The notes: generated by a model from the letters alone, not told the origin. A stretch of DNA of 25,036 nucleotides from a virus (IMGVR_UViG_3300012122_000008:1-25036); one strand, 5' to 3'; counted from the stretch's first letter, positions 7,829 through 17,784 are shown. Numbers and translations: made by a program.

Positions 7829-8635
7829 TTAGAATCCTACGTAGTAAGAACAATTTCCACGATTAAGAACTGCTGCACCGGCCGCAGGCATTACAATAGT
7901 TGTTGCAGTGTTTGGTACTAATGATTTTAATGGTACAGTTGGTTGCATATCAATATCTTCAACTGTTCCTCCAGCGATCATTGCATTACCATTACTCCAT
8001 GCAGGAGTACCTGGAAGATTAGTAGATGTGATAATTAATGTAGCACTACCTGCAAGTGCAGCAGTTGCATTTCTACGGCAATTGAGATATGTGATATAAT
8101 GGAACATTCCAACACCGGCCGCTGGAAGTGTAATTGTTGCAGCAGTATTTGCAGCAGCAGTTACCGTAACATGCAAAGTGGCTGGAATCGGTCTGCCAAA
8201 AATGATTTGATCTGCAATAGATGTCCGCATTGCAACTGCAACAGATCCAGATGTGAATGCAGATACGCGAATGCGAACTCTACGATATCCTGATACACCA
8301 ATTGTGTAGGAACCGGAACCAGTAGTTGCGTAAGTTACTGAAGGAACATATTGTTCTTGTGTGATTACTGCAGCAAGTAGTTGCTGATTTGCAAACATTG
8401 GAATGGAGAAATAATTTACTCCATCAATTGAAACTTCTGCAACAACAGTTAAAACGGCCGCAGCAGTTCGTAAATCTACAAGACATGTAGCTTTACCATT
8501 TAGGTCAAGTAATACTTCCGCATTGAGTGCGTTAAGAGTATTAACTGCAGTTCTAGCATCAACATTTACTTGCCCATTAATTTGGTCCAATTCCCCTTGA
8601 AACTCATTACCTCTTGCATCAAATAATACAGGCAT
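7829..8635 (-). CDS. Ala/Thr/Val-rich two-domain beta-sandwich protein, putative virion decoration/fibre component
   Basis: EVSIDGVNY and GYRRVRIRVSAFTSGS jelly-roll-like motifs; second domain ATITLPAAGVG..HYIT; structural-arm location. Confidence 0.55.
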   Translation of the reverse strand: MPVLFDARGNEFQGELDQINGQVNVDARTAVNTLNALNAEVLLDLNGKATCLVDLRTAAAVLTVVAEVSIDGVNYFSIPMFANQQLLAAVITQEQYVPSVTYATTGSGSYTIGVSGYRRVRIRVSAFTSGSVAVAMRTSIADQIIFGRPIPATLHVTVTAAANTAATITLPAAGVGMFHYITYLNCRRNATAALAGSATLIITSTNLPGTPAWSNGNAMIAGGTVEDIDMQPTVPLKSLVPNTATTIVMPAAGAAVLNRGNCSYYVGF

Positions 8636-8638
8636 TTT

Positions 8639-9049
8639 TTATCCTAACATGTAGAAGAATTTGTATGGACCACCAACTACTTCATTGTTCTTTGATCTAA
8701 TACGGAAGTTAAAAGAACCTGCTGCTACACTTTCAACATTCCAGTCAATGTCTTCTGGAGAATTAGTATCTAGATCAGTATAATGACCAGTAGATACTAA
8801 TACTTTAGAAGCTCCAGTAACTGAAGCATCAATAACATTGAATACTTGATCTACCGTAGGATAAGGACAATCTGCTGTAAAAGCTGCAATTGTAGCAGCA
8901 CCGCCGCCACCACCAGCAATTGTTATTGTTGCAACACCTGCAACTACTGTAGCAACAACGCCAGCACCCACAAAATTTAAAGTGTATGCAAATCCTTGTG
9001 CTAAACCTTCATCTTGAATTGCTGGTGGTCGAGGGTTAAGAACTGTCAT
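8639..9049 (-). CDS. putative fibre/decoration protein with poly-Gly hinge
   Basis: N-terminal IQDEG....LNFVGAGV module, GGGGG linker, C-terminal beta-rich domain. Confidence 0.55.
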   Translation of the reverse strand: MTVLNPRPPAIQDEGLAQGFAYTLNFVGAGVVATVVAGVATITIAGGGGGAATIAAFTADCPYPTVDQVFNVIDASVTGASKVLVSTGHYTDLDTNSPEDIDWNVESVAAGSFNFRIRSKNNEVVGGPYKFFYMLG

Positions 9050-9816
9050 TGGAATTCTTGAATAGATAAAGTAGAGGCAGCAGCAGAGGCAATTGCTGTA
9101 ATTTCACCAATAGTAAATGTGTAATCGTCCATTACCCAAGTACCGAAGGGTGTCAATGTAATTCCACTATTCAATACTGCAGCAGAACCATCAAGACCAA
9201 ATGAAATAGTATTAACTGAAAGATTAACAAATACTGCACCTTTTCTATCCACATTTGCAGCAAGTGCTGTTGCTGAAGCTACACCTACAGAAGCAGTTGC
9301 AGGAGAATTTCCAATTAAATCTGTGACTGGTTTATATACAGTAACCAGTCCACCAAGTGCAACTGTTACTGGAATAGTTTGTGCAACAATAGAAACCTCT
9401 ATTTGAGATTGATTTGAGGCAATGGTAACTGGAAAAGATTCCGCCATTACTTTCTGACCTAAAGATACAGGCATCCTCTCAAATGCCCATTTTACCAATC
9501 CTCTAAGTTTACCAGAAATAGTTCCAGCAACATCTGTAATTACTGCAGCATCTGTAGTTGCACCTTCTGCAATATCTGCACCATCTGCAATAGTTACTGC
9601 AGCACCGCCGCCACCGCCGCCACCAGCTTGAGTTGCTTTATCCCAGCTTAAAGTTCCTGTATTCCAAACAAAAGTTGCTACATTCAATAATCCATCGGAC
9701 GATGTAGCAAGATCATAATCACCAGTAGTGGGATTGTAAATTAAAGGAATTTCAGCTCGCGCATCCGATGCATTAATAAATCTTAATCCAGGTGTTTGCG
9801 TGACTGAAGAAGTCAT
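9046..9816 (-). CDS. mosaic fibre/decoration-like protein with Gly7 hinge
   Basis: GGGGGGG linker, VTIADGAD, LGQK.MA.S.PVTIASNQS segment, C-terminal LAAN..RKG..F.N beta-sandwich. Confidence 0.55.
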   Translation of the reverse strand: MTSSVTQTPGLRFINASDARAEIPLIYNPTTGDYDLATSSDGLLNVATFVWNTGTLSWDKATQAGGGGGGGAAVTIADGADIAEGATTDAAVITDVAGTISGKLRGLVKWAFERMPVSLGQKVMAESFPVTIASNQSQIEVSIVAQTIPVTVALGGLVTVYKPVTDLIGNSPATASVGVASATALAANVDRKGAVFVNLSVNTISFGLDGSAAVLNSGITLTPFGTWVMDDYTFTIGEITAIASAAASTLSIQEFQ

Positions 9817-12800
9817 TCTGTATCTCCACCCATTAACAATTGCATCTTATATGCATAAGGATTACGCAATGAAGATTCTAATTGTTTGGCTTGAGATACA
9901 TTAGCTCCTTTATAAAGATCCATCATCCATTTGTTAAAGTTCGCTTGCTTTCCACCGAGTGAGATATATTTTTCAGCAAATTGATTTACTTGTGTATCAG
10001 ATGGTGAAGTTCCAGCAAGCATTGTAGATTTAACAGCTTCAGATAATCCTTGAAGTTGTTTACGTCTTGAACTTTCATAGTAATTAACTCTGAAAAGTGC
10101 ATCATTCGTTACTGCTTCATCAAGTGGTCTGCCACCTGCAAGTCTAGTTGTAGATGCCCATTGCATTAAATCATGTGAACTTAAAATTGAACCTTTGTTA
10201 GAAGTTGATACGACCTGACCTGATACAGTAGTTTGAAGAACTTGTGCAAGTCCAGCTAACGGTCTTGAAACACCATTATGTTCGAGACCACGTAACATTG
10301 ATTCCCAGACAGAACCACCCATTCCAATATTTGAAACTGTCTCTTTAACTGATCCTAAGAATTTTCCCCAACCTGCAATAATAGGGACTTCTTGAAGATT
10401 AGTAGGAATTATAGTAATCTGACGAGGATTAATATCACCACGAGAATAAATATTAGCTTGAAGAATATTAGAAGGTAGTCCATAGAGTAGGAAATCTCCA
10501 CCAGCACGACCTAACGCACCATAAGTTTTATCATATAAATCTGTATGATCTTTGTTTCCTGAAAGTTGTCCAACAACGTGCGTATTGATGTATTGGAATG
10601 CAGGGAGACTTTGGACACCATATAATGTTGACTGGAGCCCAACCAACATTGCCAAATCTTTCCTACTTCCTTCCGCGACGTATCGGAATAATTGTTGAAT
10701 GAGATTAAACTGATAAGATTGGAATAATCCAATGGCCTGTCCAATTGGCCCTTGAAAGATAAGTGGCCTTTGGGAAGCAATGATGTTTCCTTCAACACGA
10801 TTGACAAATGTATTAATATACGTTGCTGCTTCAGCTCTGGAGAGCAAATTATTTTTAATTCCCAGTTCAGTAATCTGTTCCATCACATTTGCAGAAATGA
10901 AGCGGTTAAATTCTTCTGCAAATTTATTTCCAGTCAATGCCTCGCCCGTGTCTGCAAGACTTTTAGCTCTCGCAAAAGCTTTCGACATTCGTCCATTAAG
11001 ATCTGTAACTGTTTCTGTTCCTTTGAGTGTGAAGTCGTCGAGGATAAGTTTGAATTGCTCAAGACGGTCTTTGATATAGCCCGCATTTTTGTACTTAGTA
11101 ATGAGCGCATTATCTTGATCTTTAAAGAAGTTTCTAATAGCTTGGTTTACAAGTTTAGTTGGCGCAAGAATGTCATCTACAGTACCTGGAACAATAACTT
11201 TTGCTAAACCTGCTAACTCTCCAGCGACTGCTGAGTTACCTTTACGAATAGCATCTGTTAGATGTTTGAGTTCAGTTCCTCTAAGAATGTTTGATCCAAT
11301 AGCATTGTTGAGTGCATTAAGTGGATCAAGACCTAAAACAAAGCGACCAAGTACAGCATTTGCACCGCGCACAAATTTTGTTAATTCTCCGCGGGGTGCA
11401 GCATGATTTGATAACTCATACATTCCTGCATCATACGCAGGCAAGAATGCAGGCTTCATTCCAAACTCATCCATTGCTGCATTGACACGATCTAATTCTG
11501 CAGGCGTCTTAACACTGTTCCAAACATTTCTAATTCCAGAGACTGCTTTAGAAACAGCAGAATCGAGTAACTTATTTGCAGAATAGAGGAGAGGATACTC
11601 ACTGATCTTAGAAATATCTAATGCAGTCTTAATGTAGTTAAAATATGGATTGTCCTGAGTTTTCTCAAGAGCCTTTGTAAATGAACCGAATTTCGATGTT
11701 GCAACTTGAGAGTATGCCGTACCAAGATCTTCAAGCCAATTGAATTGTGGTTCATACATTAACCTCATAGTTTCACGGGCTAAAGTATCATCTGAACGTA
11801 AATGTTGTTGCAAAATATCATTAATAATCTTCTGCGGATCGGTCTTAGCAAAAAAGTTAGAGTAAATACCTTTGTTATTCAAATCCGCAGAGATATAATT
11901 CTCATGCAACCCGCGAGAATATTCATGTTCCCCACGAGCAGCAGATAATGCTTCTGATTCCTTTTTAGTAACGACCTTATAGTTTGAAGGTACACGGTCA
12001 ATCAATGCAGAAAGATCTTTTTCTGTAGCCGCATGAAGCATTGAAACATGACCAGATCCAGAAACTTTAGGATCAGTTACAAATGCATAATGAGGATATT
12101 CTGAAATGTTTGCACGAATAGGAGTAAATACAGAAGTGTCTTTTGCATCTGTATGTCCTTGAGCTGCACGAATTTCAGAAGTATACCCGCGCCTCTGACC
12201 CTCTCGTGAGATGTGTGCTTTAATCACATCACGAGCTTCAATGTTTCTAATGTAGATTAATTCATTCTCAGGCACATTGATAAGGTCAACAATCGTTTTC
12301 TTGCTAAGAAGGATTTCTTTTCCTTCAGCATCTAAACCAAGATCCGGACCGCCGAACTTTTTATGTGCCTCTTTTGTAATTAACCCGACTTGTCCACCTT
12401 CTTCATAATAAATCCAATCTTTACCTGAACGAAGGACTTTCTGATTAACACCTTCAAATTCAATAGCTGCTTCAGGTTTGTTACCCATTCGCATCAATGA
12501 ACCTTCAAGTAAGTCTTGAGTATCCTTACGAAGTAATTCTTGTCCTTGTTTCGTCTTCCCACCAAGCCATGCCATCATAGAACTAAGAGAACCATAATTA
12601 GCATTCTCTGAAGAAACTAATCTTGGACCAGAACCAGTACGAGAAGCAGTAAACAAGGTAGAATCAGAGATGGCAGGCAAAGAACCAACAAGATCATTGC
12701 CAAAGATACGTGCTCCAATTCTCCTCCCGGCTTCTTCATATAACTTTTGTTTCTGTTTATAAAAAACTAATGCATCGGTTATAGTGCCATCGGGTTGAAG

Positions 12801-14573
12801 TTTATCAAGACGATAAGTTACTTTAGCCCACTTGGGAAGATATTTTGGATCAACTGCTTCATCAAGATTCTTAGATAAACCTTTTGATTCTAGCGTACTA
12901 AGATACGCACGATTTGTAGATTGCATAGCAAACAAATCGTCAACATCATTAGTTCTTGTGCCTTCAAGATACGAACGTTTAACATTAGTAATCGTACCAA
13001 TAGCTTCAGTACTCTCTGAGGCCATTAATTTTCCTGCAACATATTCCTTAGTGCCGCGAATATATTGTTCAAGTTCTGCTTTAGAATTAAATCCTTTATT
13101 GCCGGCGGTGGTAGAAACTTTAATCTGATCCCAAATGTTATCTTTCAGCGCTCGTTCCAAAACTGGAATATCAAACTCACCAATAAGAGTTCCAGGTTTA
13201 ATTTTCTTCAGAATATCTTGTGCCCAAATGTGTCTTTTCTCAGCAATGAGATAAAGAGGTTCTGTTGAAGGAATCTTAAGCAACGGATTCCAAGGTTCTT
13301 CAAGAGAAAAATCTGCTTTACGAATTGAAGAAAGAATTTGTTCTTTTGAATCAAAGATATCACCGAGTGTTCGGAGCGTCGGTGCATTTGCAATTGTATT
13401 CCCTGCATCTTCACCAATGAGCTTTACGTAGCGATTAGAGAATCCAGGATCTGGTTCTTCTTTGATAATCGCTTTGGCAACTGCTTTATCGCCGCGAGAT
13501 AATTTGTTAATTCTGGTGATTTCATCAGCACCAGCAAAATTAGAAAACATCTGAATATGAGAAAGACCTTGTGAAGTATTAGCAACTACATTACCAAGTT
13601 CTTTATCTTCAGGAGTTATTGCATGAATATTAGTGCGAATATCATTGTTATTTCGTTGAATTTTTTGTTCAGCAAGTGTTTTATTTACTGCATAATTATT
13701 CTGAACAATTGTCCCATCTGCACGACGAAGCATAACTGGAACAGCGGTGAGATCACTATCCTCAGCAAGAATAATAATCCTTTCTACTGGATCAGTAATG
13801 TCAGCAAACTTTGGCCGAGACGTAAAAGGCAATCGTGCAGCATCTTCAATCTTGATTGCTTGCTTTAATGTACCAAAAGTTTTAGCGGCACTAAAAGCAC
13901 CACCAATAGCACCACCGACAATACCACCCACAGCGATATTCTTAATAATATCAAATCCATCTTGTGGCTCCAAGATTGGTGATTTAAACATTGTTGCTTG
14001 AACCGCAGTTTCAAATGCGGCGGCCTCAAGAACATTTTGCCAAAGTCCAGATCCAAGAGCTTTAGCAGTTTGAGCATTGAGAAGTTTATGAGCACTTAGG
14101 GATTGATTAATAACATCTACAGCAGAAGCAACATATTGCTCTGTTTTGGGAAGCAGAAGTCCTGTACCCCAAGAAAGATTTTTACCAATAAATCCAGATT
14201 GTGTTCCAGCTTTTAATGCAGTTTGTCCAGCATTAAAAAGTTTAACTCCACCAAGTCCTGGAATTAACGACCCCAGAATAAAACCACCAAAATCAGCAGC
14301 ATCAGTGTTTTGTCTATAATATGTACCAAGATCGGAATCAATAGAACTAATCCAATTTTGAGTGTTGTTTTGGGAGACATCTGCACCAAACCAATTAGCT
14401 ACATGAACTGCAGTATTATAAAAACTGTTTGCACCGCTGAGAATTGATGTGGCAATAAGTGAACCACCATTACCAACTTTTTGTCCCCAACTGGCGGGAT
14501 CTAACCAGGACGTACCAATATTGCCATAATTATGATTATCAGCAGCAAGGATGTGACGAGCTAATTCAGCCAT
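9813..14573 (-). CDS. large internal virion (DNA ejection) protein
   Basis: 1586 aa, largely helical, glycine-zipper segment GGIVGGAIGGAFSA, last and largest of a small-medium-large series after nozzle/lysis genes, as for podovirus ejection proteins. No catalytic motif recognised. Confidence 0.7.
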   Translation of the reverse strand: MAELARHILAADNHNYGNIGTSWLDPASWGQKVGNGGSLIATSILSGANSFYNTAVHVANWFGADVSQNNTQNWISSIDSDLGTYYRQNTDAADFGGFILGSLIPGLGGVKLFNAGQTALKAGTQSGFIGKNLSWGTGLLLPKTEQYVASAVDVINQSLSAHKLLNAQTAKALGSGLWQNVLEAAAFETAVQATMFKSPILEPQDGFDIIKNIAVGGIVGGAIGGAFSAAKTFGTLKQAIKIEDAARLPFTSRPKFADITDPVERIIILAEDSDLTAVPVMLRRADGTIVQNNYAVNKTLAEQKIQRNNNDIRTNIHAITPEDKELGNVVANTSQGLSHIQMFSNFAGADEITRINKLSRGDKAVAKAIIKEEPDPGFSNRYVKLIGEDAGNTIANAPTLRTLGDIFDSKEQILSSIRKADFSLEEPWNPLLKIPSTEPLYLIAEKRHIWAQDILKKIKPGTLIGEFDIPVLERALKDNIWDQIKVSTTAGNKGFNSKAELEQYIRGTKEYVAGKLMASESTEAIGTITNVKRSYLEGTRTNDVDDLFAMQSTNRAYLSTLESKGLSKNLDEAVDPKYLPKWAKVTYRLDKLQPDGTITDALVFYKQKQKLYEEAGRRIGARIFGNDLVGSLPAISDSTLFTASRTGSGPRLVSSENANYGSLSSMMAWLGGKTKQGQELLRKDTQDLLEGSLMRMGNKPEAAIEFEGVNQKVLRSGKDWIYYEEGGQVGLITKEAHKKFGGPDLGLDAEGKEILLSKKTIVDLINVPENELIYIRNIEARDVIKAHISREGQRRGYTSEIRAAQGHTDAKDTSVFTPIRANISEYPHYAFVTDPKVSGSGHVSMLHAATEKDLSALIDRVPSNYKVVTKKESEALSAARGEHEYSRGLHENYISADLNNKGIYSNFFAKTDPQKIINDILQQHLRSDDTLARETMRLMYEPQFNWLEDLGTAYSQVATSKFGSFTKALEKTQDNPYFNYIKTALDISKISEYPLLYSANKLLDSAVSKAVSGIRNVWNSVKTPAELDRVNAAMDEFGMKPAFLPAYDAGMYELSNHAAPRGELTKFVRGANAVLGRFVLGLDPLNALNNAIGSNILRGTELKHLTDAIRKGNSAVAGELAGLAKVIVPGTVDDILAPTKLVNQAIRNFFKDQDNALITKYKNAGYIKDRLEQFKLILDDFTLKGTETVTDLNGRMSKAFARAKSLADTGEALTGNKFAEEFNRFISANVMEQITELGIKNNLLSRAEAATYINTFVNRVEGNIIASQRPLIFQGPIGQAIGLFQSYQFNLIQQLFRYVAEGSRKDLAMLVGLQSTLYGVQSLPAFQYINTHVVGQLSGNKDHTDLYDKTYGALGRAGGDFLLYGLPSNILQANIYSRGDINPRQITIIPTNLQEVPIIAGWGKFLGSVKETVSNIGMGGSVWESMLRGLEHNGVSRPLAGLAQVLQTTVSGQVVSTSNKGSILSSHDLMQWASTTRLAGGRPLDEAVTNDALFRVNYYESSRRKQLQGLSEAVKSTMLAGTSPSDTQVNQFAEKYISLGGKQANFNKWMMDLYKGANVSQAKQLESSLRNPYAYKMQLLMGGDTE

Positions 14574-16238
14574 TTAGCGCGTCCTTCCATATTCTAAAGC
14601 TTTCTTATTGAATGCATCATAATTTACAGATTTAGCCAATTCTTTAGAAAGCCAATTAGATACAGAAATAGGATCAGTAACATCAATCCTATCACCAAAA
14701 GTTCCCATGTTAACTTGAAGAGTTCTGCCAGCTTTTGGAGGAACCAATCCAAGTGATGTAAGACCTTTAGCTTGAAGATTAATCATTACAGCTTGACGAT
14801 AAACAGTAGAAATATCAACAGCTTCTTCAAAAGTTAATGTCTTGTCCTTAAACCCTTTCATAACCATTTGCATAACAATTCTCGGATCAGACATGTCCGC
14901 ATTTGCGTCTGTCAAAGGTTTAAGAAATTTTGTATAAATAGGACTAATAGCAATTGCAAAAGGTGGAGGAATTTGCCGGGGATCACCAGCAGGAGAACCT
15001 AAATATTGTTTCAGATCACCAACATAGAAAATATTATCTGGATTCTTTGTAACATTCATATATTGTTGTTCCATCAATGAATCAGCCATATCATTGATAG
15101 CTTTATCAACAACTTTCTTATTCTTTTCATTCATGTATCTAGGATTACTCATTACTGCATTTCTTGCAGCATTGATTAATCTAATAGTTGCAATCTTAGA
15201 ATCACCAGGTTGTGCTTCAGGGTGAGCAGTTAATGCATCAACTGAGTCTGCTGCCGAAGTTCCAATCATTGCAACACCGGTAACTTTTGTTGCACGCCCA
15301 CGATCATACATTTCAAGTAATTCTGCTTTACCTGCCTTAAATTGGGCAATAATAAATTTAGCTTCGCGCGGCTCAACTGTAGGTAAACCTAATGCAGCAT
15401 ATCCAACATTAATATTTTCCAGAACATGTTCTTCCATCTGCTTGCCTTCGAGGCGAGCTTCATTAATAATCTTACGTTCTTCTTTATCCCACTCAAACTT
15501 TTCCCGGCTAAAATTAAATTGCTTAAGTGCAAGATTATGTTGTGCAACTGCCATTTCAGCATTCTGAGCTTGAAATAGCAAAGATAATTGTTCTTTAGTT
15601 AACTGTTGTGCACGTAACATTGACTCTGTACTCATCTTTACAGATTCTAATGCAATTTTTTGGACGTTAGCATTTGCTTCAGAAGCAGCTAATCTTGTTG
15701 CAGCTTCAGCGGCGGCAGCAGTAATTGGAGCTTCTGCAGCTTTATAAACTGAACTAGCTTCAAGAACAATTTTATTGATCTCTGCAACTTGTGAATTAAT
15801 CAATTGAGAAGTTCCAAGACTCTTTCTAAAATCTCTGCGAGCTTCAGCGACACCGCCAAACTGTGCAGATAAGAATCCCATGAAATCATCAGTAATGCCA
15901 ATGTCAGCACGACGATGTAATTCTTCGTAAGTCTTATTTGTTTGCTTAATTGCTGCCTGTTTCTTTGCTGCCAACTCAACAAGAATATTGGATGGATTTA
16001 CAGGATCTGCACCAATAGCTTGAACCACTTGAATAGTAGCGCTCTGAGTGTTTAATTTCGCGGCAATCTCAGCAGCTTTAACTGTTGCTTGATCTTTTGC
16101 AACAGTTTCATAAATACTCTGAACACCTTGTAGAAGTTTTTGAGCTCTAAACTCATTACCTGCTACAGCTTCCTGGACATTTTTTCCAGAAAGAAGAGTT
16201 TCTTCAAGCTGTGCGGCGACGATTGCGGGTAAGTCCAT
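14574..16238 (-). CDS. internal virion (ejection) protein, coiled-coil rich
   Basis: 554 aa Ala/Gln/Glu-rich helical N-half; AAGGTG upstream; TAAATG junction with the 1586-aa gene. Confidence 0.65.
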   Translation of the reverse strand: MDLPAIVAAQLEETLLSGKNVQEAVAGNEFRAQKLLQGVQSIYETVAKDQATVKAAEIAAKLNTQSATIQVVQAIGADPVNPSNILVELAAKKQAAIKQTNKTYEELHRRADIGITDDFMGFLSAQFGGVAEARRDFRKSLGTSQLINSQVAEINKIVLEASSVYKAAEAPITAAAAEAATRLAASEANANVQKIALESVKMSTESMLRAQQLTKEQLSLLFQAQNAEMAVAQHNLALKQFNFSREKFEWDKEERKIINEARLEGKQMEEHVLENINVGYAALGLPTVEPREAKFIIAQFKAGKAELLEMYDRGRATKVTGVAMIGTSAADSVDALTAHPEAQPGDSKIATIRLINAARNAVMSNPRYMNEKNKKVVDKAINDMADSLMEQQYMNVTKNPDNIFYVGDLKQYLGSPAGDPRQIPPPFAIAISPIYTKFLKPLTDANADMSDPRIVMQMVMKGFKDKTLTFEEAVDISTVYRQAVMINLQAKGLTSLGLVPPKAGRTLQVNMGTFGDRIDVTDPISVSNWLSKELAKSVNYDAFNKKALEYGRTR

Positions 16239-16893
16239 GAATCACCTTGCAGATTGGTTCACCGACATTAACACAAATCCAGCCAGTAAATGAAAACTGA
16301 CCGAATAGTACGTAAGTATATCTACGAATGGCAATAAATTGAGCAATCCTTGTAATCATTAGATTCGAAGGAATTCTCTTTGCCACCCATTTTGCCCAAA
16401 TATGATAGCCAAGAATTGTTTCAACAGGCAGAGCAGAAAACTGTCTTTGCCCGCGAAAATATAATCCTTCATCCAATAAACCATTCTCATAGAGAACAGT
16501 ACAGATAATTGATTTCTTTTTCTTTGTTGTCTGGGTTTCTGAACTCGTTTGTGGTGCTTTAGCTTTAGCAATCTCTGCGGCGGTCGTTGCTAAAAGATCA
16601 GCAAACTTTAATTGTTTTGTACTAGATTTGTATCCACCAGATGCAGCTTCTTCTGATGCAATTGCAGATACACCGCCCTGACCAGCAAGCATTTGATAAA
16701 TGAAATCATTTAGAGCATTATCAGAATATTGAGTCTGAGCTGACTTATTTGTCGTAGTAGTAGTTCTTGATGGAATAATATCAAGGATTGCATTCCCAAT
16801 TGGAGCAATCATTCCACCACTAAAAGATTCAGAAATTGCCGGTGACGGCTCTGAATAATCCATTCCAGGTTGACGATCAATACTAACGGCCAT
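16204..16893 (-). CDS. small ejection-type protein with C-terminal ICT domain (paralog A)
   Basis: S/T/G/A-rich N-part, TTKKKKS linker, then IICTVLYENG...LGYHIWA...GEPIC; GGGAG upstream. Confidence 0.7.
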   Translation of the reverse strand: MAVSIDRQPGMDYSEPSPAISESFSGGMIAPIGNAILDIIPSRTTTTTNKSAQTQYSDNALNDFIYQMLAGQGGVSAIASEEAASGGYKSSTKQLKFADLLATTAAEIAKAKAPQTSSETQTTKKKKSIICTVLYENGLLDEGLYFRGQRQFSALPVETILGYHIWAKWVAKRIPSNLMITRIAQFIAIRRYTYVLFGQFSFTGWICVNVGEPICKVIHGLTRNRRRTA

Positions 16894-17497
16894 ATTTAAT
16901 TCTCCCGATCAGATTACAAATCGGTTGACCAACATAAACAGTCACAGCCCCAGGAAAATTAAATCGTCCGCTAAGAATATAAAGATACCTAGAACGAAAA
17001 ATATAGCCAAGAACAATACTAAGTACTTTAGAGTGTTGCATACGTAAGGCGAGGGATTCTGCAAATGCCCAGTATCCAAGTTTTGTATGTCGTGGAAGCT
17101 CATTGAAAGATTCCTCACCAGCAGCATAAATCAGTGGATGTACTTGTCCTTGTCTGAGAAGTTCAGTACAAATATAAGATCGTTTAGTCTTACTATTTTG
17201 TTGGACTGTTTCTACCGTCGGAGCAGTTACAGTATCATATGCACCAACTGCACGTTTTGTAAGTTGTTTCGTAAAGATATCACCAAATTGTCCCTTAGCC
17301 AATCCGCTATCTTGAGATACAATTTGGTTAATAATTCCAGCAAAATCCTCGCCGCTAAGACTTCGCTGAGTAACTTTCCTTCCAGATGTCTTAGTTGTTT
17401 GAGTTGCTGTAGCTCGTGCGGTATCAATAATTGCCGCGGCTGCGATCACATATGGATTACCAGAAGCTGCAGATGCGGCAGTTAATTCATAGGCCAT
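16883..17497 (-). CDS. small ejection-type protein with C-terminal ICT domain (paralog B)
   Basis: Start reassigned to ATG 17497 (GAGG upstream, 2 nt after previous stop); SKTKRS linker, then YICTELLRQG...LGYWAFA...GQPIC. Confidence 0.7.
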   Translation of the reverse strand: MAYELTAASAASGNPYVIAAAAIIDTARATATQTTKTSGRKVTQRSLSGEDFAGIINQIVSQDSGLAKGQFGDIFTKQLTKRAVGAYDTVTAPTVETVQQNSKTKRSYICTELLRQGQVHPLIYAAGEESFNELPRHTKLGYWAFAESLALRMQHSKVLSIVLGYIFRSRYLYILSGRFNFPGAVTVYVGQPICNLIGRIKYGR

Positions 17498-17499
17498 AA

Positions 17500-17784
17500 T
17501 TACCTCGCTACCAATTTGAGTAGAGCTGGTGCATTGGCTAAGGTAAAAATACCAAGAGCAGCCAACCAAATACCAATTCCACGATTAATCCATTGATCAA
17601 CTTTTTTATCTAATTTAATTGTTGAAGTCTCATCGACAGCCATTCTATTTTCTAAACTTCCAAGTCTTTTACCTTGTTCTGCTTGTCGTTCTTCTAATAA
17701 CACAGAAGGTTTAATGTCGTGTCGAAGTTCACGAATCTCTTGGATAAGTCTATCAATATCTGCCGATGTTGCTGCTTCACTCAT
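17500..17784 (-). CDS. coiled-coil protein with single C-terminal TM helix, putative holin/lysis-associated
   Basis: Coiled coil followed by WINRGIGIWLAALGIFTLA; ATGA-coupled to the endolysin. Confidence 0.6.
   Translation of the reverse strand: MSEAATSADIDRLIQEIRELRHDIKPSVLLEERQAEQGKRLGSLENRMAVDETSTIKLDKKVDQWINRGIGIWLAALGIFTLANAPALLKLVAR

Noticed and set aside
8890-9628. Repeated GCACCGCCGCCACC DNA motif
   Set aside because: Just poly-Gly codons in two linkers; not a CRISPR, iteron or DGR repeat.
10511-14095. Multiple antisense and alternate-frame ORFs within the 1586-aa gene (and likewise within MCP, LamG and 24216-25014 genes)
   Set aside because: Shadow ORFs of long coding sequences; no motifs or independent expression signals.
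9813-14573. Large protein as virion RNA polymerase or tape measure
   Set aside because: No DxDGD or T7-type RNAP motifs and no tape-measure repeats or tail tube/chaperone genes recognised; size and context fit an ejection protein.
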